64,000 nt of DNA from Phycisphaerales bacterium (GCA_020852275.1 JADZBE010000017.1:64551-128550); one strand, 5' to 3'. Counted from the first letter of the stretch, positions 19,033 through 28,312 are shown. A program made the numbers and translations. The notes: a model not told the origin generated them from the sequence alone.

Positions 19033-19047
19033 TGGCACGCAGGTTGC
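19033..19047 (+). promoter_or_regulatory. candidate sigma54 (-24/-12) promoter TGGCACGCAGGTTGC
   Basis: Exact TGGCAC-N5-TTGC match, intergenic, ~95 nt upstream of the acyl-CoA synthetase ATG and correctly oriented. Confidence 0.5.
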
Positions 19048-19140
19048 CCATTCCCATGCCGGCGGCACGGGGCGCGGAGCGACCCTTCCACCGTGAACAA
19101 CCCTGCGCCCCGCCGCGCACCTCTACGTGGAGTTCAACGC

Positions 19141-20868
19141 ATGAGACGGCTCAGTTACGACCACTGCGGCAGCGAGGTTCGGCTCCTGGGCGAGACCATC
19201 GGAGAATGCCTCGACCGCGTCGCCGCCCAATTCCCGCTCAGCGACGCGCTGGTCTCCGTTCACCAGGCGCGCCGCTTCAAGTACGCCGAATTTAATCAGA
19301 TCGTCACCCGCGCCGCCAAGGCGTTCATGCAACTGGGCATTGCCCACGGCGACCGCGTGGCCATCTGGTCGCCCAACAACTATGAATGGGTTGTCGCCCA
19401 GTACGCCACCGCGCGCATCGGCGCGATCCTGGTGAACGTCAACCCGGCCTACCGCACGCACGAGTTCGAGTACGTCCTGCGCGAGTCGCACGCCAAGGCG
19501 CTCCTGCTCGTGGAATCTTACAAATCCTCGAATTACCTGGAGATGCTGTACGAAGTCTGCCCGGAGATCCGCACCAGCGAGCCGGGGCACATCGACTCCT
19601 GGCGCTTCCCCGATCTGCGCGACGTGATCTTCATCGGCAGCAAGCACCACCCCGGCATGTTCACGCGGCGCGAGTTCGCCGAGCTGGGCGACGAACTGCC
19701 CGACGCCGCCCTCGCCGAGCGTCAGCGCGAACTCGACATCGACGATATCATCAACATTCAATACACCTCCGGCACCACCGGCTTCCCCAAGGGCGTGCTC
19801 CTGACGCACAACAACATCCTCAACAACGGCTACTGGGTCGGTGAGATGCTGCGCCTCACGCCCAAGGATCGCCTCTGCATTCCCGTGCCGTTCTACCATT
19901 GCTTCGGGATGGTGGTCAGCAACCTCGCGGCCATGACGCACGGCGCGTGCATTCTGGTTCCCTCACCGACGTTCGACCCACAGGCGACCCTCAAGACGAT
20001 TCAAGACGAGCGCGCCACCGTCCTGCATGGCGTGCCCACCATGTTCATCGCGCAACTGGCGCACCCGGAATTTGCGTCTTTCGACCTCTCCTCGCTGCGC
20101 ACCGGCATCATGGGCGGCGCTCCGTGCCCGGTCGAAGTCATGCGCAAGGTGCTGACCAAAATGCACATGCCCGAAGTGCTCATCGCCTACGGCATGACCG
20201 AGGCCTCGCCGGTGACCACGCTCACCCGCGCCGACACGCCCGCCGATCTGCGCGTCAGCACCGTCGGCAGAATCGTCCCGCATCAGGAAATCAAGGTCGT
20301 TGATCCCCTCAGCGGCGCGACCGTCCCGCGCGGCGTGCAGGGGGAAATCTGCTTCCGCGGCTACCACGTCATGGCGGGGTACGACCACAACCCGCAGGCC
20401 ACGCGCGAGGCGATCGACGAGCACGGCTGGCTGCACTCCGGCGATCTGGGCACGATGGACGCGGAGGGTTATCTGCGCATCACCGGGCGCATCAAGGACA
20501 TGGTTATCCGCGGCGGCGAGAACCTCTACCCGCGCGAGATCGAGGAGTTCCTGCACACGCTGCCCATCATCGAGGACGCGCAGGTGGTCGGCGTCCCCGA
20601 CGAGAAATACGGCGAGGAGCTGCTCGCCTGCGTCAAGCTCCGCAAGCAACCCGACGGCCGCCCGCCGCGCGCGCCCACCGACGAGGAGTTCCGCGCCCTG
20701 TGCGACGGGAAGATCGCCAAGTTCAAGGTCCCGCGCTACTGGATGCCCGTGGACGAGTTTCCGCTCACCGTTTCCGGCAAAGTGCAGAAGTTCAAGATCC
20801 GCGAGCTGGCCATCCGCAAGCTCGGGCTGACGGACGCCTCTGTCAGCGCGCACAAGGCGCCAGGTTAA
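19141..20868 (+). CDS. AMP-forming acyl-CoA synthetase / fatty-acid-CoA ligase
   Basis: Inner part of track ORF 18685..20868 from MRRLSYDH. AMP-binding motif IQYTSGTTGFPKGVLLTH, ...YGMTE... and ...GWLHSGDLG...GRIKDMVIRGGENLYPREIE. Confidence 0.88.
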   Translation: MRRLSYDHCGSEVRLLGETIGECLDRVAAQFPLSDALVSVHQARRFKYAEFNQIVTRAAKAFMQLGIAHGDRVAIWSPNNYEWVVAQYATARIGAILVNVNPAYRTHEFEYVLRESHAKALLLVESYKSSNYLEMLYEVCPEIRTSEPGHIDSWRFPDLRDVIFIGSKHHPGMFTRREFAELGDELPDAALAERQRELDIDDIINIQYTSGTTGFPKGVLLTHNNILNNGYWVGEMLRLTPKDRLCIPVPFYHCFGMVVSNLAAMTHGACILVPSPTFDPQATLKTIQDERATVLHGVPTMFIAQLAHPEFASFDLSSLRTGIMGGAPCPVEVMRKVLTKMHMPEVLIAYGMTEASPVTTLTRADTPADLRVSTVGRIVPHQEIKVVDPLSGATVPRGVQGEICFRGYHVMAGYDHNPQATREAIDEHGWLHSGDLGTMDAEGYLRITGRIKDMVIRGGENLYPREIEEFLHTLPIIEDAQVVGVPDEKYGEELLACVKLRKQPDGRPPRAPTDEEFRALCDGKIAKFKVPRYWMPVDEFPLTVSGKVQKFKIRELAIRKLGLTDASVSAHKAPG

Positions 20869-21005
20869 CGTCGCTGCCCCCGCGGGCTGAGCGAGCCGGC
20901 GAACGCGCCCAGTCTCCTGGTCATGACGCGCAGCCAAGGTCCAGGGGCCGACAGTGCACTCGAGGGGCGGGGATGGCGCCATCTTCGGCGTCGCGCGCCG
21001 TATCG

Positions 21006-23543
21006 CTACCGGCAGGCAACCGGCTCACACATGTCCGCAAACTCCAGCAGGCACACGCTCGAAGCCCCGGCCGCGCGGTCTAGCCGCACCTTGCCGCGCC
21101 CGGACTCGTCGGTCCTCATGCAGTCGGCCATGCCCGTGTCCGCGGCGGCAGTGAGCGTGGTCAGCGCCGGCAACCACGACTTGACGCTGACAACGAGGTC
21201 ATCGCCCTTGCACCGCGCGGAGAGCCGCTTGATGTTGCCGGGATAGGCGGGCGTCATGAGGAACGCGCGGCTCTCACCCGCGAGGCGCCCGGAGCCCAGA
21301 ATCTGGCCGCGCGGGTTGATCGCCGTCGCGCCCTCAAGGGAACTCCAGGCGCACGCGCCGAACAGGTAGTCGTTCAGGTCGATGACGATGCCGTCCCGCC
21401 AGAGCACGGCGTGTGAGTCGTCGATCACCGGGAAAAACGCACGTCCCACCATGAGGTTCTCATCGTTGATGCCGGTGACCCAGGCGCTGTCTCCGCGGAC
21501 CAGACCCAGGTCCGTGATCCGTCCGTCAGCGTCCCACACGACGGGATGTTGAAATCCGTCATTCGGCTCTGTGAATCCGACGGCCGTGCCATGATTATTG
21601 ATCGCGTACACAAGACCATCGCTGTCGTCGAGGGTTTCAAGCGCGACAATCCCTTCGCTGCGAGTCCAGCGGAATGGGCGGTAGTAGCCGCGCTCGCGCG
21701 GGGGATACCAATGTCCCACGACTTCACCCCGCTCATTGATGTCCCTTGCAAAAGACTGAGTGCCGTCCTCCGGGATGCCGAGATCCTCAATCCTTCCGTT
21801 TACCCACAACGCGGCGGACGCTGTCTCATCCACACGTTCGGCATGCCCCACAACCAGTCCCGCGTCGTTGATGTCCCACGCGGTGCCCCCCGGTCCCCCA
21901 AGAGTGACGAGGTCCTCTGCAGGACCGTTTTTCCAGATGCAGGGCCCGTACTCGCCATCGGCGTTCTCGGCGCGGCCAACGACCCAGCCCGCGGCATTGA
22001 CGCCGAAAGCATTGGCGCCGTTGCCGCCGAGTGTGCCCAGATCGACGGGTGCAGATCCGTTCCAAAGCGTTGCCCGGTAAGCTTCGTAGAACTCACTGTA
22101 CGTATCGCCCACGCATAGCCCGCCGGCGCTTACTGACCGTGCATACGTCTGTCGCCCGAACGAAATAGGCGGCAATTCGGCCACCACGTACGACTCCGGT
22201 CGCGGATCGCATTCGACCGTGGCGCAGTGCGCGGGCTGCCCGTCCACGCAGAGGGTGTGAACGCCGCTCTGCTCGATCCACCGCGCGGTTCCCCGGCCTT
22301 TCCGATTGATTACGGCGATTCGGGAGTCCTGCTCATCAAGGGAGAGGCTCACCATCGCACCCTCGGGGAGCGAGGTCGAGATTCGAGCTTCGATGGTCGA
22401 TCCCTTGAACGCGGCGGCATCCATGCCATGCACGCGTTCCGCGAGCGGAAGGAGCAGCCAGGCGCCCGCGGTTTCGTTGTGGCTCCCGCCGAGGGCGATT
22501 TCCCCGGCGCTGTTGATGCCCTTCCCGGGCGTGCCGAACTCAACGCCCAGTCCGCGTGGGAGTTCATCCTCCAGCGTACGGCTCACTCCGTCCTTCCAGA
22601 CGAACGAGCGATACTGCGGCTCCCAGTCCCAGGTCTTCCAGTTGCCGATGATTTCGGATGCGTCGCTGATGCCCCAGGCCCAGCTTTCCGATCCGCCCAT
22701 CGTGCCGAGGTCCTGCATCACCCCGCCCTCCCAGATGAAAGCGTGCGGTGTGTAGCTCTCGTCCTCGGCCATGCCGACCACCTGCGAGTGGTTGTTGATC
22801 GCTCGAGCCACGGCCAGCCCGCGATCACTCAGCGAGCCAAGGTCCGTGAATTCTCCGTCCTTCCAGAGAAACGCGCCATGCCCGCAGCCGGCGCCGGAGC
22901 ACTTCCCGACGACTTCACCCAGATTGTTGATATCGTAGGGCGTGGCGGTCACCTCGCCCGGCTCGCCGATCATGACGATGCCGTAATCCGGCGTCCCGGG
23001 CGTGAGGAGAAACCCGCGCGTCTGGCCATCCTTCTCGCCGACACCCACGATCTGCCCCAGATCATTGATCGCGTGGGCTTCGCGCAGTTTCCAGCCCGAG
23101 TCGGGCGGCAACAGCGCATCCAGCCGTTTCAATACGCCGTCCTTCCAGAGAAACGCGTGGAAGCGACTGCCGTGGTCGGAATCCTCTCTCTGGAAACCGA
23201 CCACCTCCAGGCTCGCGTTCACGTCCTCGCCCGAGCTTCTACCTTCGAAGTCGGGAGTCAGGTCGATGAAGCCGGCGCCCTCGCACCAAAGGAATGCATG
23301 GTCCACGCCGGAGGCAAGTTGCGCCTTGCCCACAACGCAACCCTCCTCGTTCATCGCGATTGCCTGCGCTCCTTCCCCTCCGAACGCATCGAGACGGAGG
23401 GCAGCATAATATTGGTCGGCGCGCACAGGGCATGCAACAATGACCGCTATCATGGCCGCTGGGACGCACCCCGTGGGCCGGAGCGGACTCCCCATGAACC
23501 TTGACTGAGACACCCTGCACCTCCCTTTCGAATGAGTAAACAT
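21006..23543 (-). CDS. large secreted repeat protein, HAF-family-like repeats (start uncertain: 23543, 23495 or 23453)
   Basis: Recurrent units of the type ...INN/D.G.VVG......HAFLW.DG...DLG.L.. appear many times (HAFLWKDGVLK, HGAFLWKDGEFTDLGSL, HAFIWEGGVMQDLGTMGG). A signal-like segment AAMIAVIVACPVRA is present. Confidence 0.75.
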   Translation of the reverse strand: MFTHSKGRCRVSQSRFMGSPLRPTGCVPAAMIAVIVACPVRADQYYAALRLDAFGGEGAQAIAMNEEGCVVGKAQLASGVDHAFLWCEGAGFIDLTPDFEGRSSGEDVNASLEVVGFQREDSDHGSRFHAFLWKDGVLKRLDALLPPDSGWKLREAHAINDLGQIVGVGEKDGQTRGFLLTPGTPDYGIVMIGEPGEVTATPYDINNLGEVVGKCSGAGCGHGAFLWKDGEFTDLGSLSDRGLAVARAINNHSQVVGMAEDESYTPHAFIWEGGVMQDLGTMGGSESWAWGISDASEIIGNWKTWDWEPQYRSFVWKDGVSRTLEDELPRGLGVEFGTPGKGINSAGEIALGGSHNETAGAWLLLPLAERVHGMDAAAFKGSTIEARISTSLPEGAMVSLSLDEQDSRIAVINRKGRGTARWIEQSGVHTLCVDGQPAHCATVECDPRPESYVVAELPPISFGRQTYARSVSAGGLCVGDTYSEFYEAYRATLWNGSAPVDLGTLGGNGANAFGVNAAGWVVGRAENADGEYGPCIWKNGPAEDLVTLGGPGGTAWDINDAGLVVGHAERVDETASAALWVNGRIEDLGIPEDGTQSFARDINERGEVVGHWYPPRERGYYRPFRWTRSEGIVALETLDDSDGLVYAINNHGTAVGFTEPNDGFQHPVVWDADGRITDLGLVRGDSAWVTGINDENLMVGRAFFPVIDDSHAVLWRDGIVIDLNDYLFGACAWSSLEGATAINPRGQILGSGRLAGESRAFLMTPAYPGNIKRLSARCKGDDLVVSVKSWLPALTTLTAAADTGMADCMRTDESGRGKVRLDRAAGASSVCLLEFADMCEPVACR

Positions 23544-23892
23544 GAATCCGATCGCTCCTTGAGGCGCGGCGCCCCGCAGACGACGCAGCGCACCTTGGGT
23601 GGTCTGGGCGGAGCGAGGGCGCCTCTCCTTATGTTCAAGACGATCGGCAACGCAAGAGGTTCGCCCGACGGCGAAAAGAAACCGGCTGATCCCGTCTGAG
23701 CGAGCGATTTCCAAGAAGAATCGGATGGGCACCCGTCCGTGGAGGAGGCGTCGCCGTTCCCAGTCGTGGGAATACAGGCCGCGGTCCCGCCCAGCCAGGC
23801 TGACCCGCCAAGAGCTGCTGACCCGGATCGTCGGGGCGGCGATGGCGCGAGCCCTTCCGCCCTCGCTTGCGCTTCGGGTTCTGAACCCCTAA

Positions 23893-24054
23893 CAGCCCGT
23901 GGTGAAACTCAGAACCAGTCGTGGGATCCGTCACCCCCGCGTAGGCGGGGGTCCGGTCCGCCCGGGAAAACCGCTGGATTCTCTCTCCTGGTAAGCTACC
24001 GACTGGATTCCCGCCTTCGCGGGAATGACGCGCGTCGCCTTTCACCACGGGCTG
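23893..24054. mobile_element. MITE-like element, full-length 162-bp copy
   Basis: Terminal inverted repeats are CAGCCCGTGGTGAAA ... TTTCACCACGGGCTG. Internal hairpins are GACCCCCGC-GTAG-GCGGGGGTC and GATTCCCGC-CTTC-GCGGGAATG. It is the reverse orientation of the copy at 38984. Confidence 0.8.
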
Positions 24055-24121
24055 CTAGCGCAAGCGAGGGAGCCATTTCAGAACCCGAAGCCCAAGCGAG
24101 GGAGCGGCCTTCCTCTCGAAG

Positions 24122-25162
24122 TCAACCAGCTTCCGGGACCAAGCCCAGCCGCCGCGCATTGCCGGCGTACATCGCCTCCAGTACGGCCGGCGGCAGGTCG
24201 AGACCCGCCAGCTTCGGCGGATCATCCGCGTCCGGGTCATCAATCGGCGACTCGCCGCGGTACGGCGTTTCCCACATCATCTGGTGCGCCCAGTAGCGGC
24301 TGGCGTAGTGGTCGAAGCCCTCAAACGAATCGCGCACCACAAGGTCGCTGCCGAAGAGAATCCGATCGCCGCGCCGCAGCATGAGCTCGCGCACCTCGGC
24401 GGGTCTGCGAGCGACCTCCCGCACGATCCACTTCGTCGCGCTGCTGTCGAGCACGAGGTTGCCGTGGCGCTCCAGCAGCCTGTCCAGGAACGCCGGGTCT
24501 TCAACGAATCCGCCCATGTGCGCCGCGATCACCGTGGTCGGCGCGACATATTCGAGGAACCACTCCAGCGGCGGATATTGATCGAGCTTGGTCCCGAACA
24601 CGCCCGTGTCGGCATACGGCTTGCCGTCGCCCCACCAGACGCTCGGGTCGGCCACGTGGACCATGAAGCGGTACCCCAGGCTTTTCGCGTGGTCGATCAC
24701 CGGTCGCACCGCGGGGTGCTCCAGCGTCCAGCCGAGATCCTTCCGGATGCGCGGCGCCATCCAGAACTTGCACACGCGGGCGCCGAACCGCCGGAATGCA
24801 TCGAGGTCCGCCATCCACTGTCCGATGAACTCGCGCGAGTCGGCCATGCTCTTCCAGTTCGGAATGGCGATGAAGCCGACCCGGTTGCCGCGCAGATCGC
24901 GCAGACGCGCCACGTCGGAAAGCGGCGTCATCGTCAGGTGGGCCGCGATGCCGTAGCGCTGAGCTGCCTCGAAGAAGGCGTCGGTCTGCTCGCAGACGTG
25001 AATATGACAATGCGCATCAACGATCGGGCCGGTGATCTTGCGCGGGGGCGCGGAGTGATAGTCCAGTCCCAGTCGATTGGCAGGCCCGCGCGTCATGTTC
25101 GTGGCCATTCTCGTCGCATCCGGCGACGCGGGCATCGGCACGCAGCCACCCCGCTGCCGCAT
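24122..25162 (-). CDS. metal-dependent amidohydrolase (TIM-barrel) family protein; start uncertain (25162, 25135 or 25108)
   Basis: Inner part of track ORF 24122..25795, with ...IVDAHCHIHV..., ...FMVHVADP... and ...AAHMGG...FGSD.... The ATG at 25160-25162 lies 1 nt after the yacG stop (TGAcATG). Confidence 0.72.
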   Translation of the reverse strand: MRQRGGCVPMPASPDATRMATNMTRGPANRLGLDYHSAPPRKITGPIVDAHCHIHVCEQTDAFFEAAQRYGIAAHLTMTPLSDVARLRDLRGNRVGFIAIPNWKSMADSREFIGQWMADLDAFRRFGARVCKFWMAPRIRKDLGWTLEHPAVRPVIDHAKSLGYRFMVHVADPSVWWGDGKPYADTGVFGTKLDQYPPLEWFLEYVAPTTVIAAHMGGFVEDPAFLDRLLERHGNLVLDSSATKWIVREVARRPAEVRELMLRRGDRILFGSDLVVRDSFEGFDHYASRYWAHQMMWETPYRGESPIDDPDADDPPKLAGLDLPPAVLEAMYAGNARRLGLVPEAG

Positions 25163-25163
25163 G

Positions 25164-25364
25164 TCAATCCTCGGCTGCTTCCTTCTCGGCGCCGACCGTC
25201 GGCGGTTGAGGGGAAAGCGGCTCACTGATGCGATACGACCCGTCCAACCATCGGCCGAGATCCACAAGCTTGCAGCGCTGCGAGCAGAAGGGCCTCCACG
25301 GCGCGTCCTCACGCCGCTCGACGTGGAACATCTGCCGGCAGGTTGGGCACTGGAATGCAACCAT
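25164..25364 (-). CDS. yacG: YacG-like zinc-finger protein (DNA gyrase inhibitor family)
   Basis: The last 66 codons of track ORF 25164..25664 read [46 protein letters not shown]..., matching the YacG pattern CPxC...PFCSxRCxxxDLGxW. Confidence 0.72.
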   Translation of the reverse strand: MVAFQCPTCRQMFHVERREDAPWRPFCSQRCKLVDLGRWLDGSYRISEPLSPQPPTVGAEKEAAED

Positions 25365-25410
25365 GATGGGCGATGCTCCGCACTCCCGCACTCGACAAGA
25401 GGCCGCCGGA

Positions 25411-25899
25411 CTACGGCCTGCCCGACTTGCGTGCCGATTTCCTCGGCGCGTGGCTCCCTTCGGATGCAGCACCGCTCTTGCCACCGGCTGACTTCGTCGC
25501 GCCCTCGGATTTCGCTGGGCCTGGCGACTTGCTGCCGCCGTCGGATTTGGCCCCGGCGTCGCTCTTGCCCGCGCCGTCGCTCTTGCCTGCAGCGCCGCTC
25601 GTGCCCGCGCGATCTCCCTTGCCACCGCCCGAATCGGACTTCCCATCGCCGGAGGGCTTTCCACCGTCGCCGTCCGCCTTGGCGGCCTGCTTGTACCCGT
25701 CGCTGCGGTAGTCGGTGATGTAGAAGCCCGAGCCCTTGAAAATCAGTCCGCCGCCCGTGCCGATGCAGCGGACCACGGGCGCCTTGCCCTTGCAATCCTT
25801 GCAGTCCACCGCGAGCGTCTTCTTCGCCTTGTCCTTGATGGACTGGAACAGCTCAAACTTCTCGCCGCAGCGTGTGCATTCATAATCATACGTCGGCAC
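25411..25899 (-). CDS. FmdB-family regulatory zinc-ribbon protein with a long G/K/S/D-rich tail (GTG start)
   Basis: (V)[20 protein letters not shown]...CKDCKG...; a GGGAGG RBS sits ~8 nt upstream of the GTG at 25897-25899. The tail carries GKSD-like repeats. Confidence 0.75.
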   Translation of the reverse strand: MPTYDYECTRCGEKFELFQSIKDKAKKTLAVDCKDCKGKAPVVRCIGTGGGLIFKGSGFYITDYRSDGYKQAAKADGDGGKPSGDGKSDSGGGKGDRAGTSGAAGKSDGAGKSDAGAKSDGGSKSPGPAKSEGATKSAGGKSGAASEGSHAPRKSARKSGRP

Positions 25900-25976
25900 G
25901 AAAAAACCTCCCACGCGACGACTTGGGTGCGGTACAACCTGCTCGCGTCCCGGCTCATTATCCGATCCGTCTGCGC

Positions 25977-26624
25977 CTACCGAGCCTCCGCCGGCTGCGG
26001 CTCGGCGGCGATCACCACGCGAGCGGCGCGAAGCAGCCGGTCCCCCATGCGGTATCCGCGCGCCAGCACCGTCAGCACCGTGCCGGTCGGGTGATCGGCG
26101 CTGGGCTGCCGCATGAGGGCTTCGTGATACGTCGGGTCGAACGGCTGATGCAGCGGGTCGATCACCTCGACGCCGCGCTCCCGCAGCGCCTTGAGCATGT
26201 TCTCATATACCAGCCGCACGCCGTCGCGCAGTTTGACCGCGTCCCCCGACTTCGCCTCGATCGTCAGTGACCGCTCGAAGTCGTCCACCACGTTCAACAA
26301 CGAGCGGATCAGGTCGGCGTTGGCGTAGCGGATCGCCTGCTCGCGCTCGATGGCGGAGCTTCGCTGCAGGTTGGCGAAATCCGCCTTGGCGCGGAACAGC
26401 CGGTTCTCCAGCTCGTCGATCCGCGACTGCAGCGGCTCAACGGAGGAAGTCGGCGCCGCGCCCGCCATCGCGCCCGAAGATGCGTCGGCGCCGCGCGAGC
26501 CTTCCGCGCCGCCCGCCACGGCATCAATTTGCGTTTCCCTGGAATCCATGACGTTCGGCTCTTGCGTCTGCACCGCTGACTGCCCCTTTTGCCTTTCCGA
26601 TCCTGACGATGATCTTTTAGTCAC
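25977..26624 (-). CDS. grpE: nucleotide exchange factor GrpE
   Basis: ...LENRLFRAKADFANLQRSSAIEREQAIRYANADLIRSLLNVVDDFERSL...GYRMGDRLLRAARV.... Confidence 0.9.
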   Translation of the reverse strand: MTKRSSSGSERQKGQSAVQTQEPNVMDSRETQIDAVAGGAEGSRGADASSGAMAGAAPTSSVEPLQSRIDELENRLFRAKADFANLQRSSAIEREQAIRYANADLIRSLLNVVDDFERSLTIEAKSGDAVKLRDGVRLVYENMLKALRERGVEVIDPLHQPFDPTYHEALMRQPSADHPTGTVLTVLARGYRMGDRLLRAARVVIAAEPQPAEAR

Positions 26625-26798
26625 TTACGCGCCCCGCAGCGACCGCGCCGCGATGAGCGACTCGCCACAACCGGGCTGCCACACCCGAACCGCGCCCGCG
26701 TTGCTTTGCCGCGCCGTCCGCTCCCTTACGGTCGCGGCTCAGAAATGCACTGTTCACTCTCTGTCGCGGCTCGGCCATGCAAATGTCCCCGCAACCGC

Positions 26799-27941
26799 TT
26801 ACGAATCCCCCTTGCCCCTCTCGACGCCGGAAAAGTACTCGCGCAGCTTCTCCAACCAGCCCTTCGACTCCGGCAGAACGGAGCGATCTTCGCTGTCGGC
26901 GAACTGCCGCAGGAGCTGCTCCTGCGGCTTGCTGAGCGTGCGCGGAATCTCGACCAGCACCTGCACGATCTCATCACCCTTCCGCCCGCCGCGCAGGTCC
27001 GGCATGCCCAGCCCCTTGAGCCGGAACATCTGTCCATGCTGCGTTCCCGGCGGCAGCGTCACGTCCGCCCGACCGGAAAGGGTCGGCACGTCGATCTTCG
27101 CCCCCAGCGCCGCCTGCGTAAATGACACCGGCACGCGGCAGACAAGGTCGTTGTCATGCCGCTCCAGCAGCGGGTGCGCCTCGATGTGCACGTAGCAGTG
27201 CAGGTCGCCGCGGCGCTGCCCGTCTTCCGAAGGCTCGCCCTCGCTGCGCACCCGGATCGCCTGTCCGTCGTGAATCCCCGCGGGAATCTGCACCGTCAGC
27301 GTCCGCGAACGCACGGCCCGTCCTGAACCTCGGCACGACGTGCACGGCGACGACGTCACCTGCCCGCGCCCGCGGCAGTGCGGACAGGCCGTCACCACGC
27401 GGCTGGTGAAGAACCCGCCCATTCCGCTGACCTGCTCGACCTGACCATACCCGCCGCACGTCGAGCACGCCTGCTTGCGCCCGCCCGGTTTCGCGCCGCT
27501 GCCCGCGCAGCCGTCGCAGACTTCGTGCCGCTCGAAGGTCAGTTCGCGTGCAGCGCCGGTGCTGGCTTCGAGCAGCGTGACCGTCATCTCCGTCTGGAGG
27601 TCGGCCCCGCGCGAGCGCCGCGAGCCGCCGCCGAACCCGCCGAAAAAGTCGTTGAACATCGAGAAGATGTCCTCGACGTTCATGTGCGAGTAGTCGCGCA
27701 TGCCGGCGCCGTTCAGCCCGGCGTGTCCGAATTGATCGTAGCGCTGGCGCTTCTGCCCGTCGGAGAGCACGTCATACGCCTCGGCCGCCTCCTTGAATTT
27801 CGTTTCGGCGGAAGCGTCGTCGGGATTGCGGTCCGGATGAAACTTGTGCGCGCAGCGGCGGTAGGCTTTCTTGATCTCCTCGTCGCTCGCGGTCTTGGCG
27901 ACGCCGAGGACTTCGTAGTAATCACGCTTCTGCGCGGACAT
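26799..27941 (-). CDS. dnaJ: molecular chaperone DnaJ
   Basis: [14 protein letters not shown]...HPDRNP J-domain, a G/F region, and four CxxCxGxG zinc motifs ([32 protein letters not shown]). Confidence 0.92.
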   Translation of the reverse strand: MSAQKRDYYEVLGVAKTASDEEIKKAYRRCAHKFHPDRNPDDASAETKFKEAAEAYDVLSDGQKRQRYDQFGHAGLNGAGMRDYSHMNVEDIFSMFNDFFGGFGGGSRRSRGADLQTEMTVTLLEASTGAARELTFERHEVCDGCAGSGAKPGGRKQACSTCGGYGQVEQVSGMGGFFTSRVVTACPHCRGRGQVTSSPCTSCRGSGRAVRSRTLTVQIPAGIHDGQAIRVRSEGEPSEDGQRRGDLHCYVHIEAHPLLERHDNDLVCRVPVSFTQAALGAKIDVPTLSGRADVTLPPGTQHGQMFRLKGLGMPDLRGGRKGDEIVQVLVEIPRTLSKPQEQLLRQFADSEDRSVLPESKGWLEKLREYFSGVERGKGDS

Positions 27942-27947
27942 GGTCGG

Positions 27948-28219
27948 AAATCTCAAATCTCAAATCTCTGCCGGCAAGGAGCGAATGGCGAATGGCAAAC
28001 AGCAAATAGCAAATAGCGAATAGCGAATGGCGAATAGCGAATAGCTAATCGCTACCAGCTAGCGACGTCTCATTCCACATTCCACATTCCACATTCCAAA
28101 CTCCACACCCCACCTTCGACACTCGGTAGTCACCCTCGCTGGCGCTACGGATTCTAATTTCAGCATTCAGCATTCAGCATTCAGCATTCAGCACTCGGCA
28201 TTCTGCATTCTGCATTCAA
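27948..28219. repeat. composite of five heptanucleotide tandem arrays plus the CCCTCGCTGGCGCTACGG motif
   Basis: AAATCTC x3 at 27948-27968; GCGAATG/GCAAATA/GCGAATA x10 at 27981-28050; CATTCCA x4 at 28071-28098; motif at 28133-28161; CATTCAG x4 then CATTCTG x2 at 28164-28219. Confidence 0.9.
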
Positions 28220-28220
28220 C

Positions 28221-28255
28221 ATAAAGGGCGGGCCGAGTCCGCTCGCGCCCGCCCC
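28221..28255 (-). terminator. putative intrinsic terminator downstream of groEL1
   Basis: The minus strand reads GGGGCGGGC-GCGAGCGGACTCG-GCCCGCCC followed by TTTAT, ~60 nt after the groEL1 stop. Confidence 0.55.
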
Positions 28256-28312
28256 GCAATGCTCCGTATCGTCCATCTCGCCGCACCGGCTGTTGCCGGA
28301 TCGCGCCGGCTT

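Noticed and set aside
18685-19140. 152-codon N-terminal extension of the acyl-CoA synthetase ORF
   Set aside because: The extension is low-complexity (R/P/A-rich) and contains a MITE fragment and the sigma54-type element. The conserved enzyme starts at MRRLSYDH (19141).
25165-25795. Arg/Gly/Gln-rich N-terminal 210 residues of track ORF 24122..25795
   Set aside because: It overlaps the yacG and FmdB-like genes on the same strand in other frames, and it has junk-like composition. The amidohydrolase core begins near 25162-25096.
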